Assembly: GCA_913040915.1 (NCBI GenBank) | Contig: CAJWHW010000002.1 | Span: forward strand, 32,001-96,000 | Source of the DNA: an uncultured Fidelibacterota bacterium | GTDB taxonomy: Bacteria; Fidelibacterota; Marinisomatia; Marinisomatales; UBA1611 | Direction of reading: 5' to 3' | Length of the DNA stretch: 64,000 nt | Part shown: piece by piece, positions 10,535 through 20,920 of the stretch | Numbering within the stretch: the first letter of the stretch is position 1 | Layout: the number at the start of each line of letters is the position of its first letter | Made by a program: the position numbers and the translations under genes | The notes under the pieces: model-generated | Told to the model about the DNA's origin: nothing | Databases searched by the model: none | Seen by the model: only the letters and a program-made list of their open reading frames with translations

Positions 10535-11301
10535 AAAATTCCTTTCAGTTCTTTAATAAATTGGTTTGTTTTTGTAATAGGATCATCACAGTTATCCATA
10601 TTATTAATAATTGCTGATCCTACAACTGCACCATCCGAATAATTATTAAACCAAACAACATCATCTTTATTACTAATACCAAACCCTACTATAAATGGAG
10701 TCGTACTATTTTCACGAACTCTTGTTAAATAATTTTTTAAAGCATCCCTTGATATAAGATTATCTCCAGTAATACCTAATATGCTTACTGCATAAATGAG
10801 ATCTCCTGCTAATATTGAAATGTTTTTAATTCGTTCATTAGTTGTATTTGGTGCTACCAACAAGATAGGGGAGATGCCTTTTTCTTTGGCTAACTCACAA
10901 AATGACTCGGCCTCATCTAATGGTAAATCAGGAAGAATCAAACCATCCACACCTGAAGCAACACAACGATCTAGAAAAATCTCGTGCCCCATTTTTAAGA
11001 TCGGATTATAATATCCCATCAGGGCTAAAGGGATGGAAACTTTATTACGTATCTGCGTTGCTTGCTCAAAAATCAAATTTAATGTTATACCATTATCTAA
11101 GGCCTGCTGGCTAGATGCTTGAATTATAGGTCCATCTGCTTGTGGGTCAGAAAATGGAATTCCAATCTCAATCATATCTGCCCCTGCATCAGTGGCAGCA
11201 CAGACTAACTCTACAGTACTGTCTAAATTTGGATATCCTGCTGTTATGAAAGGAATGAGTTTTTTTCGAGGTTCTTTAAATAAAGCTTGAATACCGTTCA
11301 T
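10531..11301 (-). CDS. trpA: Tryptophan synthase alpha chain
   Basis: [39 protein letters not shown]. Confidence 0.97.
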   Translation of the reverse strand: MNGIQALFKEPRKKLIPFITAGYPNLDSTVELVCAATDAGADMIEIGIPFSDPQADGPIIQASSQQALDNGITLNLIFEQATQIRNKVSIPLALMGYYNPILKMGHEIFLDRCVASGVDGLILPDLPLDEAESFCELAKEKGISPILLVAPNTTNERIKNISILAGDLIYAVSILGITGDNLISRDALKNYLTRVRENSTTPFIVGFGISNKDDVVWFNNYSDGAVVGSAIINNMDNCDDPITKTNQFIKELKGIL

Positions 11302-12503
11302 AGTTTTTCTCCTAAGGTTTCAGCAACGGTATTAACGTCTTTATCACCACGACCAGAAAGGCAGACCAAGACATCTTCATTTGGTTTAATTCCATTATTT
11401 GATTGACGTAAATAAGCTATAGCATGAGCAGTCTCAAGTGCTGGTAGTATACCTTCTTTTTTTGATAACCATTGAAATGCGTCTAATGCTTCCTGGTCTG
11501 TGGCAGAGCGGTATTCTATTCTACCTACTTCGTTTAAATAACTATGTTCTGGGCCGATGCCAGGATAATCTAGGCCAGCGGAAATGGAATGGGGTAGAAT
11601 AACCTGCCCATCATTATTTTGAAGTAAAGTAGAAGCAGCGCCATGCAATACTCCAAATTCTCCTTTATTCATAGTGGCAGCATGTTCTCCAGATTCAAGC
11701 CCTTTACCAGCTGCTTCAACTCCAATAATCTTTACATCATCTTTCAGAAATGAATAAAATAATCCCATTGCATTTGATCCGCCTCCCACACAGGCAACTA
11801 AACGATCTGGTAAAATTTTATCAGATTGTTGAGAAAATTGTTTTTTTGTCTCCTTCCCAATTATTGATTGAAAGTCTCTTACAAGCATTGGATAAGGATG
11901 GGGGCCAACGGTTGAGCCAATTAAATAATAGGTGGATTCAACATTAGTTACCCAATCACGGATAGCTTCATTGGTGGCATCCTTTAAAGTCATGCTACCT
12001 GAAGACACTGGTCTGACTTCAGCATTAAGTAATTTCATCCGAAATACATTTAATTTTTGTCTTCGTATGTCTTCTTCGCCCATATAAATAATACATTCTA
12101 ACCCAAATCGTGCAGCAACCGTAGCGGTGGCAACGCCATGCTGCCCAGCACCAGTTTCAGCAATAATTCGTTTTTTCCCCATTTGCTTAGCCAATAAGAT
12201 CTGCCCCAAAGCATTGTTGATTTTATGAGCTCCGGTATGATTTAGATCTTCTCTCTTTAGCCATATATTAAATTCCAATTCTTTTGAAATACGTTCTGCG
12301 AAGTAGAGAGCTGTCTCACGTCCTGAATAATGATTAAGTAAATTATTTAACTCATCTTGAAAAAAGCGATCATTTGTTGCCCTAAGATATTGTTTCTCTA
12401 ATTCTTCTAGAGCTGGAATAAGTGTCTCGGGTACATACTTTCCACCAAACTTATCAAAATGTCCTCGTTCATCTGGAAGGTTATAATTATCAAATTTTCT
12501 CAT
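11298..12503 (-). CDS. trpB: Tryptophan synthase beta chain
   Basis: [15 protein letters not shown] (PLP lysine), [27 protein letters not shown]; likely start ATG 12503 ([16 protein letters not shown]). Confidence 0.97.
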   Translation of the reverse strand: MRKFDNYNLPDERGHFDKFGGKYVPETLIPALEELEKQYLRATNDRFFQDELNNLLNHYSGRETALYFAERISKELEFNIWLKREDLNHTGAHKINNALGQILLAKQMGKKRIIAETGAGQHGVATATVAARFGLECIIYMGEEDIRRQKLNVFRMKLLNAEVRPVSSGSMTLKDATNEAIRDWVTNVESTYYLIGSTVGPHPYPMLVRDFQSIIGKETKKQFSQQSDKILPDRLVACVGGGSNAMGLFYSFLKDDVKIIGVEAAGKGLESGEHAATMNKGEFGVLHGAASTLLQNNDGQVILPHSISAGLDYPGIGPEHSYLNEVGRIEYRSATDQEALDAFQWLSKKEGILPALETAHAIAYLRQSNNGIKPNEDVLVCLSGRGDKDVNTVAETLGEKL

Positions 12504-12510
12504 TTTTTTA

Positions 12511-13158
12511 TCATGATTTAAGTAAACCAGAGAATACATTAAAATTTGTGACAGTATCTCTGATATTTTTAAAAAATAATTTAATTTTTAGGTGATCTTT
12601 TATGCCTGGTGATTTTTCTAAACCACTATTTAAGTCAATGGCATCAGGTTTCATTAATTTAATTGCCTTCAAAACATTTTCTGAATTAAGTCCGCCAGAA
12701 AGGATAATCGGTTTATCTGTTGGATTTATAAAAAGTGACCAGTCAAAAGTTTCTCCTGTGCCTCCATATTTATCCTTTGAAAAAGTATCAAATAAAAATG
12801 CATCTACATTATAATCATTCATAATTGAAAAGCTACCTGAATTTCTAATATGAAGTGCTTTTATTACAGGTAATTGAAACTGTTCACAGAATTCCGGTGA
12901 TTCATCTCCGTGTAATTGAATTATGTTCAAGGGCACATTTTGGACTGCTTCTAAAATGAATGGCATAGACTGATCAACAAAAACCCCCAGTTTTATTGTT
13001 TTATCAGGTAAATGATCTGAAATAAATTTTGCTTTTTTGATAGTGATAGCACGGGGACTCTTATCATAAAAAATAAATCCAATTGCTGCTGCACCAAATT
13101 CTAATGCGCATTGAGCATCTGCAATATTTGTAATCCCACATACCTTTGTTGCCATCAT
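12511..13158 (-). CDS. trpF: Phosphoribosylanthranilate isomerase
   Basis: [38 protein letters not shown]. Confidence 0.95.
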   Translation of the reverse strand: MMATKVCGITNIADAQCALEFGAAAIGFIFYDKSPRAITIKKAKFISDHLPDKTIKLGVFVDQSMPFILEAVQNVPLNIIQLHGDESPEFCEQFQLPVIKALHIRNSGSFSIMNDYNVDAFLFDTFSKDKYGGTGETFDWSLFINPTDKPIILSGGLNSENVLKAIKLMKPDAIDLNSGLEKSPGIKDHLKIKLFFKNIRDTVTNFNVFSGLLKS

Positions 13159-13916
13159 ACTAATTCTCCCACTAAATCGTCTAAAGCTTTGCCAGGATTT
13201 CCAGTTTTCATGAGTGAAGTTCCAACTAAAACCGCATCATACCCTAAATCATAAACATATTTAAGATCATCGGGAGACTTTATTCCGCTTTCTGCTACTT
13301 TTAGAGAAGATCTTGGTAAATAATTTACTATCTTTGAAAAATAGGATATATCAGTATTCATTGTTTTTAAATCTCGACAGTTAACACCCACAATTTCTGG
13401 TTTAATCTCTCCAATAATTTTTGCATTTTCATCACTGTGGAATTCTACCAATACATCTAGATTCATTTTATTCCCAATAGCTATTAATTCAGCAATTTTC
13501 CTATCATCTAAAGCTTCTGCAATAAGTAAAAAAGCATCCGCTTTGGCGAAACCTGATTGAATTATTTGACATGGATCAATAATAAAATCCTTACGAAGAA
13601 TAGGAATAGATACTTCATTCTTTATTGATTCTAAAACGTCAATATGTCCGCCGAAAAACTGTTGATCTGTTAATACTGAAATTGCTGAAGCACCTGCTGA
13701 CTCATAATCCTTAGCAATCTGAATTGGGTCAGCATTTGGCAGGATTAAGCCTTCACTGGGAGATTTCATTTTAATTTCAGCTATAATCGATAACCTTTGA
13801 TTTGTAAGAGCATCTTTCAGGCTTAATGTATGAAATGGTTCAACCCCATTAGCAAAAGGCGGCATGTGCTCTATCTCTTTCTGCTTGATATCTAAAATTT
13901 GTTCAAGGATATTCAT
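13155..13916 (-). CDS. trpC: Indole-3-glycerol phosphate synthase
   Basis: IIAEIKMKSPSEG, AISVLTD, PILRKDFIID, VAESGI. Confidence 0.96.
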   Translation of the reverse strand: MNILEQILDIKQKEIEHMPPFANGVEPFHTLSLKDALTNQRLSIIAEIKMKSPSEGLILPNADPIQIAKDYESAGASAISVLTDQQFFGGHIDVLESIKNEVSIPILRKDFIIDPCQIIQSGFAKADAFLLIAEALDDRKIAELIAIGNKMNLDVLVEFHSDENAKIIGEIKPEIVGVNCRDLKTMNTDISYFSKIVNYLPRSSLKVAESGIKSPDDLKYVYDLGYDAVLVGTSLMKTGNPGKALDDLVGELV

Positions 13917-14908
13917 TTTGTCATTTGTGATAACACATTTAGTGCCGCACCTGAATCAATAGACTCAGATGCTTTTAATAATCCTTCTTTTAGGGTTTTT
14001 GCCTTATTACCTACAACGATCCCAGCAGCTGCATTAATTAAAACAATATCACGTTTGGGCCCCATTTCACCATTTAAAATGTTTTTAATAATCTTCGCAT
14101 TTTCTTTTGGGTTGTAACCCATCAGATCATCTAAAGAAGCTTGATTTAAACCTAGCTTTCTAGAATCAAATTCGATTGTTGAAACATGCCCACCATTTTG
14201 CATTTGGCTGATTTTTGTGGTAGTTGTTGTAGAGATTTCATCTAAACCATCACGGCCGTGAAAAACCATTACATCTGTAGAACCTAATGCTTTTAATACG
14301 TTTGTTTGAACCTCAGTCAAATCAGGATGAAAGATGCCCATAGCTTGAGCTTTAACATTTGCAGGATTACACAGGGGACCAAGAATGTTGAAAACTGTTC
14401 GTGTGGCTAAAGCAGTTCTTGCTCCAATAGCATGTTTCATAGCTGGGTGGTATGCCGGTGCGAACATAAAACCCAATCTATAATTTTCTATATCCTCTAA
14501 AAATTTATCTACAGATTTGTCAATAATAATTCCTAATTCTTGAAGAACATCGGCCGATCCTGATTTAGATGTCATGGAACGGTTCCCATGTTTTGCAACA
14601 CGCACACCTGTCCCAGCTACAACAAATGTTGCTGCAGTGGAGATATTGAATGTACCCGATGCATCACCGCCAGTACCACACATATCAATGGCTGGTGTAC
14701 TTAGTGGAACTGTAACCATTTTTTCTCTCATGGCCTTTGCAAAGCCTGTGATTTCATCCACTGTTTCACCTTTAGCCCGAAGCGCTACTAAAAATCCAGA
14801 AATTTGTGCATCATTATATTCCCCTGACATAATGGATAGCATTACTCTAAAAGCTTCATCTTTAGAAAGATTTTGTTTATCTAATAATTGTTCTAATATT
14901 TGTTTCAT
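13913..14908 (-). CDS. trpD: Anthranilate phosphoribosyltransferase
   Basis: DMCGTGGD, FNISTA, KHGNRSMTSKSGSADVL, RTVFNILGPLCNP. Confidence 0.97.
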   Translation of the reverse strand: MKQILEQLLDKQNLSKDEAFRVMLSIMSGEYNDAQISGFLVALRAKGETVDEITGFAKAMREKMVTVPLSTPAIDMCGTGGDASGTFNISTAATFVVAGTGVRVAKHGNRSMTSKSGSADVLQELGIIIDKSVDKFLEDIENYRLGFMFAPAYHPAMKHAIGARTALATRTVFNILGPLCNPANVKAQAMGIFHPDLTEVQTNVLKALGSTDVMVFHGRDGLDEISTTTTTKISQMQNGGHVSTIEFDSRKLGLNQASLDDLMGYNPKENAKIIKNILNGEMGPKRDIVLINAAAGIVVGNKAKTLKEGLLKASESIDSGAALNVLSQMTK

Positions 14909-14962
14909 TGTAAGCTCAAAGACTCTAGTTATAACTGTAGTTATATTTTTGTTTTAACAAGA

Positions 14963-15532
14963 TCAACATTTTATTGTTAAGAAGTTTTTTATTATTTGTA
15001 AACCATTCTCAGTTGCTATGGATTCAGGATGAAATTGTAATCCATAGACTGGATCATTTTTGTGTTCTATGGCCATAATTAGGCCATTGTTTAATTCTGC
15101 TGTTATTATTAATTCTTTAGGGAGTAATTTTTTGTCAGCTACTAATGAATGATAGCGAGTGGCCATAAAAGATCCTGAAAATCCTTTGAATAGAGCAGAT
15201 CCATTATGTTGAATCTTTGCAGTCTTACCATGAACAATCTCCGATGAATGAACTACTGTGCCACCATAAGCAATTGTAATTGCTTGATGGCCAAGACAGA
15301 CTCCAAGTATAGGAATTTCTTTCCCATATTTTTTAATAATATTTACAGAATGACCCGCATTTTCAGGCCTCCCGGGTCCAGGAGAGATGACAATATGAGT
15401 TGGATCCCAATGAACAATATCATCCAATTCGAATTGATTATTTCGTATCACTTTCACATCTGGATTAAGAACACCGATGTATTGTACCAGATTAAATGTG
15501 AAAGAGTCGTAATTATCAATAACTAAGATCAT
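14963..15532 (-). CDS. trpG: Anthranilate synthase component II (glutamine amidotransferase)
   Basis: IDNYDSFTFNL, ISPGPGRP, LGVCLGHQ, RYHSL, QFHPES. Confidence 0.96.
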   Translation of the reverse strand: MILVIDNYDSFTFNLVQYIGVLNPDVKVIRNNQFELDDIVHWDPTHIVISPGPGRPENAGHSVNIIKKYGKEIPILGVCLGHQAITIAYGGTVVHSSEIVHGKTAKIQHNGSALFKGFSGSFMATRYHSLVADKKLLPKELIITAELNNGLIMAIEHKNDPVYGLQFHPESIATENGLQIIKNFLTIKC

Positions 15533-17013
15533 GCTGCTAATCCATCCTCTGCGAAGTCAATTGCTGACATGATAGCCTTGGCCTTACTTACCGTTTCCTC
15601 AAATTCTTTGGTGGGGTCTGAATCATAGACAATGCCTGCACCGGACTGAAAATGGACGGATCCATTTTTCATAATCATAGTCCTTATAGCTATACAAGTA
15701 TTTACATTGCCGGTAAAATCAAAAAACCCGACAGCACCTGAATAAATATTTCGTCGTTCAGGTTCTAGATCTTTGATTATTTCCATAGCTCGAATTTTGG
15801 GAGCACCTGTAACCGTACCAGCAGGGAAACCACTCATAAGCGCATCAAATGGATCTTTATGTTCGGCAAGCTTTCCTTTTACATCAGAAACAATATGCAT
15901 AACGTGGGAATAATTTTCGATTACCATATTCTCGGGAATGGTAATTGACCCAAATTCTGAGACACGGCCCACGTCATTTCTGCCCAGATCTAAAAGCATA
16001 AGGTGTTCTGCTCTTTCCTTTTCATCATTTAATAGTTCGTGCGCTAATTTTTTATCTTCATCAACTGAGTCCCCACGTTTACGCGTGCCTGCAATAGGGC
16101 GGATTTCCACATTGCCATCTTCTACTTTTACTAAGAGTTCAGGTGATGCACCAATAATATCAAAATCATTAATCTTTAAATGGAACATATATGGTGATGG
16201 ATTAATGTTTCTCAAAGCTCGGTAAAGGGTTGTAGCCTCTACATCGGTGGCCCTTTCGAACCGCTGACTGAGAACCAGTTGAAAAATATCACCGTTGACA
16301 ATATACTCTTTAGCTTTAGCCACTGCTTTCTCAAATTTATTTTGATCAAAATTTGAAATTACTTTACTTTTTTTTACTTGTATTGGCGTCTGATAATCCA
16401 CATTAGTATGTAGTGATTCGCCAATTATATCTATCTTTGAATGTGCTTTATTAAATTGGAATTCCAAATCTGCTGAATCATCAATATTAACATTTGAGAT
16501 TACTAATGCAGACCCTTTTAAGTGATCGAAAGCAATTATGTTTTCAAATAACATAAAGACTGAATCAGGTATATTTAATGCTGAATCTGTGTGAATTGGA
16601 ATATCTTCGAACCAGGTGATAGTCTCATAGCCAAGGTAACCAACTAGTCCACCGGTAAAAGATGGAATCCCGGGAAACTTCATCATTTTATATTGAGATT
16701 GAATATCGCGAAGTAAATCTAAAAATGGTGTTTCCACTTTATTTTTGTTACCATTTTTATAGATAATTGTTTGTCCATTTTTGTGTGTCAATATTTGTTT
16801 TGGATTAATTCCTACATAAGAATATCTGGTATATTGATTCCCTTTTTCTACAGATTCTAGTATGAAAGCATATTTAGCCTTTTGAGATAAATGTATCCAT
16901 GCTGCCACGGGCGTAAGAAGATCTGCCAGGATACGTTTATATACAGGTATAGTTCGGTTCCCTTGGGAAACCAAATCTTGAAATTCTTTGTAGGTCAGTT
17001 GAGTTTTATCCAT
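15529..17013 (-). CDS. trpE: Anthranilate synthase component I
   Basis: ILESVE, NPSPYM, RPIAGT, EHLMLLDLGRND, PAGTVTGAPKIRAM; likely start ATG 17013 because the TTG at 17022 lies in the terminator U-tract. Confidence 0.96.
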   Translation of the reverse strand: MDKTQLTYKEFQDLVSQGNRTIPVYKRILADLLTPVAAWIHLSQKAKYAFILESVEKGNQYTRYSYVGINPKQILTHKNGQTIIYKNGNKNKVETPFLDLLRDIQSQYKMMKFPGIPSFTGGLVGYLGYETITWFEDIPIHTDSALNIPDSVFMLFENIIAFDHLKGSALVISNVNIDDSADLEFQFNKAHSKIDIIGESLHTNVDYQTPIQVKKSKVISNFDQNKFEKAVAKAKEYIVNGDIFQLVLSQRFERATDVEATTLYRALRNINPSPYMFHLKINDFDIIGASPELLVKVEDGNVEIRPIAGTRKRGDSVDEDKKLAHELLNDEKERAEHLMLLDLGRNDVGRVSEFGSITIPENMVIENYSHVMHIVSDVKGKLAEHKDPFDALMSGFPAGTVTGAPKIRAMEIIKDLEPERRNIYSGAVGFFDFTGNVNTCIAIRTMIMKNGSVHFQSGAGIVYDSDPTKEFEETVSKAKAIMSAIDFAEDGLAA

Positions 17014-17020
17014 TTTGCGC

Positions 17021-17050
17021 AAAAAAAAACCCCGATCATTGCCGGGGTTA
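17021..17050 (-). terminator. Attenuator terminator of the aromatic operon
   Basis: mRNA UAACCCCGG-CAAUGA-UCGGGG-U9, ending 7 nt before the trpE ATG. Confidence 0.9.
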
Positions 17051-17083
17051 AAGTGCAGTCAATATATACAGGTATCCCTGGGA

Positions 17084-17152
17084 CTACGTAACCCCTTTAA
17101 GGCTAAAAAACCAATACCAGTTGTAATAATTTTCTATGTTTTTGTAATTCAT
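17084..17152 (-). CDS. Leader peptide MNYKNIENYYNWYWFFSLKGVT (Tyr/Trp/Phe attenuator)
   Basis: Manually translated 22-aa ORF with 4 Tyr, 2 Trp and 2 Phe, followed by antiterminator and terminator hairpins. Confidence 0.9.
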   Translation of the reverse strand: MNYKNIENYYNWYWFFSLKGVT

Positions 17153-17160
17153 AGCATCAA

Positions 17161-17190
17161 ATATTAAGGAAAAGTGAGAACTGTATCCAA
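17161..17190 (-). promoter_or_regulatory. Candidate sigma70 promoter of the aromatic leader
   Basis: TTGGAT-18 bp-TAATAT, ending 8 nt before the leader ATG. Confidence 0.45.
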
Positions 17191-17192
17191 CA

Positions 17193-17465
17193 TTATTTAT
17201 TTTTTTGAAATTTTTTTGAAATTTTATAAACAGGATCAAAAATTGAAGCAATATCTTCTTTATTTAGCTTTCCATCCAATTTATTGGCAAGATGCTCTAT
17301 AATTTCTTTTTCTCGATTTGGATCATGGATTTTAATATTATTGGATGCTTTGATTTCACCAATCTGTTTTGAAATAGAAAAACGCTTTAAAAGAAAATCT
17401 AATATTTGATTATCTAAATAATCAATTTTGTCTCGCAGTGAATCAATTTTCTCTTTTGGGTTCAT
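17193..17465 (-). CDS. Monofunctional chorismate mutase (CM_2 type)
   Basis: LRDKIDYLDNQIL...KRFSISKQIGEIK...IHDPNREKEI. Confidence 0.9.
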   Translation of the reverse strand: MNPKEKIDSLRDKIDYLDNQILDFLLKRFSISKQIGEIKASNNIKIHDPNREKEIIEHLANKLDGKLNKEDIASIFDPVYKISKKFQKNK

Positions 17466-17522
17466 GAATTAAACTACACAAATCATAAATTGGTTAGAAA
17501 GTGAAATAATCAAAATATTTAA

Positions 17523-18665
17523 TTAAGTTTGTTCCAATGCCTGTTTGAGGTCAGCAATAATATCTTTGTGGTTTTCTATCCCCACGGAAATTCGCACTAA
17601 ACCATCTGTGAGGCCTCGGGCATCTCGTTCTTTTTTCGGGACATCCGCATGGGTCATGGTAGCAGGGTGAGTGATCATGGTTTCCACAGAACCCAAACTT
17701 TCTGCTAACTTTGCCAATTGAACAGAATTCATCACAATTTTTGCTGCGGGGATGCCGCCAATTAATTCAAAAGAAATCATACCACTATATCCGGACATTT
17801 GTTTTTTGGCAATAGCGTGGCAAGGATGAGAAGGGAGTCCAGGATATGCTACCCGGAATACTTTAGGATGAGCCTCTAAATATTCCGCTACTGCTTGGGC
17901 ATTTGAAAAATGCTTTTTCATTCGTATATCCAATGTTTTAACACCGAGAATGGTGAGCCAGCAATCAAAGGGCCCGGGAACGGCGCCAATGGTTTTTTGG
18001 ATGAATTTCAGTTTTTCAAACAAGTCTTCCCTATTGGTAATTACTACGCCCCCAATCAATTGGTTATGGCCGCTTAAATATTTGGTAGTACTGTGCATCA
18101 CCAAATCTGCACCGAATTCCATTGGTCGGAGGAAAACAGGTGTAGCAAAGGTAGAATCCACTCCAAATAAGATATTATGTTTTTTAGCAATTTCACCAAC
18201 AGCTTCAAGATCTGTGATCTTTAATAATGGGTTTGTGGGTGTTTCTATCCAAATTAATTTTGTTTTGGGTTGAATTGCATTTTCAACATTTGTAGGAATG
18301 GAAGAATCTACATACGTGAAATGTAAATCATAATTCACTAAGATCTGGTTAAAATACCGGGACACGCCACCGTAAACATCATCGGAACAAATGATATGGT
18401 CGCCTGCTTTCAACAATTTTAAAACACCATCCACAGCGGACATACCACTAGCAAAGGCAATTCCAAATTGTCCTCCATCAAGCTCGGCTAAAATTTCTTC
18501 CATAACCTGTCTTGTGGGGTTGGATGAACGGGTATAGTCAAATCCTTTATCTTGGCCAACTTCTTCCAAAACGTAAGTGGCTGTTTGGTAGACAGGCGGT
18601 AGGATAGACCCAGTAGTAGGATCAGGTTCTGTACCTGCCTGGACAACTTTTGTATCAAATTTCAT
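17523..18665 (-). CDS. metB: Cystathionine gamma-synthase/lyase family PLP enzyme
   Basis: DYTRSSNPTR, FASGM, WIETPTNP, HSTTKYLSGH, AESLGSVE; exact activity (MetB, MetC or Cth) uncertain. Confidence 0.8.
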   Translation of the reverse strand: MKFDTKVVQAGTEPDPTTGSILPPVYQTATYVLEEVGQDKGFDYTRSSNPTRQVMEEILAELDGGQFGIAFASGMSAVDGVLKLLKAGDHIICSDDVYGGVSRYFNQILVNYDLHFTYVDSSIPTNVENAIQPKTKLIWIETPTNPLLKITDLEAVGEIAKKHNILFGVDSTFATPVFLRPMEFGADLVMHSTTKYLSGHNQLIGGVVITNREDLFEKLKFIQKTIGAVPGPFDCWLTILGVKTLDIRMKKHFSNAQAVAEYLEAHPKVFRVAYPGLPSHPCHAIAKKQMSGYSGMISFELIGGIPAAKIVMNSVQLAKLAESLGSVETMITHPATMTHADVPKKERDARGLTDGLVRISVGIENHKDIIADLKQALEQT

Positions 18666-18688
18666 AAAAGATCCTGTGTTCTAATTCA

Positions 18689-19981
18689 TTATTTTGCCAG
18701 TAAATATTCCTTTAGGTCAGAAAATTTTTTGGACATTTTTATGGATTTTTTTTCTTTTTTTATAGTAATCTGCAATGAATCTGGCAGGGATGTTTTAAAT
18801 CCAGTAATGGGTTCAATCACATCTGCAAATTTCCCCGGGTGGGCTGTGGATAAAACAACTCCCGTTGATATTGAATTTGTTTTCTCTCTATATTTTTTTA
18901 ATCCCAAGACACCAACTGAAGTGTGTGGATCAATCAAATAGCCAAATTCATCTTGAATACTTTTAATAGATTCTTTTGTCTCTTCATCAGGGAAGCTCCA
19001 ACTGGCAATATCCATTTTTACTTGCCTTATATTATCGTGAAATAAGTCTATTATTCGATCCAAATTACTGGGCACACCAACATCCATTGCATTAGATATT
19101 GTTTGTACAGCATCTTGATGTTGAATTATTCCACTGCTTAAAAAGTGTGGGAAAGTATCATTTGCATTTGTGGAAGCTATAAATTTCTCAACTGGAACTC
19201 CCATACGGTTTGCGAAAAGCCCCCCGGTTAAATTCCCAAAGTTTCCACTAGGAATGCTAAATATTATTGGCTTGTATTTACTGCAGTGTTTCCAAGCCCA
19301 GGCATAATAAACCGATTGAGGCAATAGTCTAGCTATATTAATTGAATTAGCAGAACTTAATGATAAACTACTACGCAAATCGATATCTTGAAAAGAAGCT
19401 TTAACTAATCGTTGGCAATCATCAAAGGAGCCATCTATTTCTAAAGCAGTAATATTGCCACCCAAAGTTGTAATTTGTTTTTCCTGAATGGCACTTACTC
19501 GATTGGAAGGATAAAGAATAATAACATCAATGCCATCTACATTAAAAAAACCGTTTGCAACGGCACTTCCAGTATCACCAGATGTAGCTACTAATATCTT
19601 TAACCTATCACCATTATTTTCAAGAAAATAAGACATCGTTTGAGCCATAAACCGTGCAGCAAAATCCTTGAAGGCGAGTGTCGGCCCGTGAAATAACTCC
19701 AATATAGAATCGGTTTTATTTAATTCTTTAATTTGCATGGGAAAATTAAATGCCAATTCACAAATATCAGTTAATTGAGCATGTGTTAAATCACCTTCTG
19801 TGAATGGATAAATCATACCAACAGCTAATTCGGGGTAACTAAAATCAGATTTAAAAAAGTCTATCCCTAATTGAGGAATAGTTGCAGGCATATAAAGTCC
19901 ACCATCCGGCGCTAATCCATGGAACAATGCTTCCTTGAATCCGACTGAAATAGCCTTATTATTTGTACTGTAAAAGCGCAA
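18689..19981 (-). CDS. thrC: Threonine synthase
   Basis: GLAPDGGLY, ELFHGPTLAFKDF, ATSGDTG, SANSINIAR, STAHPGKF. Confidence 0.96.
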   Translation of the reverse strand: MRFYSTNNKAISVGFKEALFHGLAPDGGLYMPATIPQLGIDFFKSDFSYPELAVGMIYPFTEGDLTHAQLTDICELAFNFPMQIKELNKTDSILELFHGPTLAFKDFAARFMAQTMSYFLENNGDRLKILVATSGDTGSAVANGFFNVDGIDVIILYPSNRVSAIQEKQITTLGGNITALEIDGSFDDCQRLVKASFQDIDLRSSLSLSSANSINIARLLPQSVYYAWAWKHCSKYKPIIFSIPSGNFGNLTGGLFANRMGVPVEKFIASTNANDTFPHFLSSGIIQHQDAVQTISNAMDVGVPSNLDRIIDLFHDNIRQVKMDIASWSFPDEETKESIKSIQDEFGYLIDPHTSVGVLGLKKYREKTNSISTGVVLSTAHPGKFADVIEPITGFKTSLPDSLQITIKKEKKSIKMSKKFSDLKEYLLAK

Positions 19982-19984
19982 GTA

Positions 19985-20920
19985 TCAGTCCAAAATTTCC
20001 GGTGGTTTTGTATGAATTGGTGTACTATAAGCAGTACTTTCAAGTCCAGCGTTTTTAAATGTATTCACCATTATTAGTCCTATTTTCTCCGCAGTCTCTA
20101 TTGAATCTGATAAAGCGAAAATAGCAGGCCCAGAGCCAGAAATACCGCAGCCGATTGCCCCGGCATCTATTGCGGATTGTCGAACAGATTTGTAACCGGG
20201 TATAAGTTCTGCTCGAACAGGTTCAGCAAAAAGATCCACCATTGAACGGCTCAAAAGATCAAAATCAGATTTATGAAGGCCTAAAGTAAAACCTGCCAAG
20301 TTTCCGGCCTGCTCAACTGCAGATTTTAAAGAAACTCGTTTAGGTAGCATACGCCGTGCGTCAAGAGTATTCACGCTAAAATCAGGTAATACTGCTGTAC
20401 TGAATAAATTTTTTGGAACTGGTAAATTCAGAACATCTAAAGGTTCATAACTGCGAATCAGGATGATTCCGCCGAAAAGAGCAGGTGCAATATTATCTGC
20501 ATGTAATCCACCCGATGCAACTGCTTCTCCTGCCATACCATGAGCTAACAATTCACTATTTTTGAATGGATTATTCAATAATTCATTTAAACCCACAACA
20601 GCTGCAGCTGCACTGGCAGAACTAGAACCCAACCCGCTTCCTGGTGGAATACCTTTTTCAATATGAACCTTAAATCCTTGATTACTACCCAAAGTATCAA
20701 GAAAAGATAATATAGCTTTACCTGCAGTATTATTTTCAGGATTAACAGGGATTGATTCATATTTTATACCCGAAATTGAAATTTCTATTACCGATTTTTC
20801 ATGTTTTTTAATTGTAACAATATCTCCCGGTTTTGTAATGGCGTAACCAATACAATCAAAACCGCAAGATACGTTAGCGACTGAAGCCGTTGCTTGGACT
20901 CGAATTGAATTATTGAACAT
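19985..20920 (-). CDS. thrB: Homoserine kinase
   Basis: ASVANVSCGFD, KGIPPGSGLGSSSAS (GHMP motif), HADNIAP, ISGSGP; likely start ATG 20920. Confidence 0.95.
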   Translation of the reverse strand: MFNNSIRVQATASVANVSCGFDCIGYAITKPGDIVTIKKHEKSVIEISISGIKYESIPVNPENNTAGKAILSFLDTLGSNQGFKVHIEKGIPPGSGLGSSSASAAAAVVGLNELLNNPFKNSELLAHGMAGEAVASGGLHADNIAPALFGGIILIRSYEPLDVLNLPVPKNLFSTAVLPDFSVNTLDARRMLPKRVSLKSAVEQAGNLAGFTLGLHKSDFDLLSRSMVDLFAEPVRAELIPGYKSVRQSAIDAGAIGCGISGSGPAIFALSDSIETAEKIGLIMVNTFKNAGLESTAYSTPIHTKPPEILD

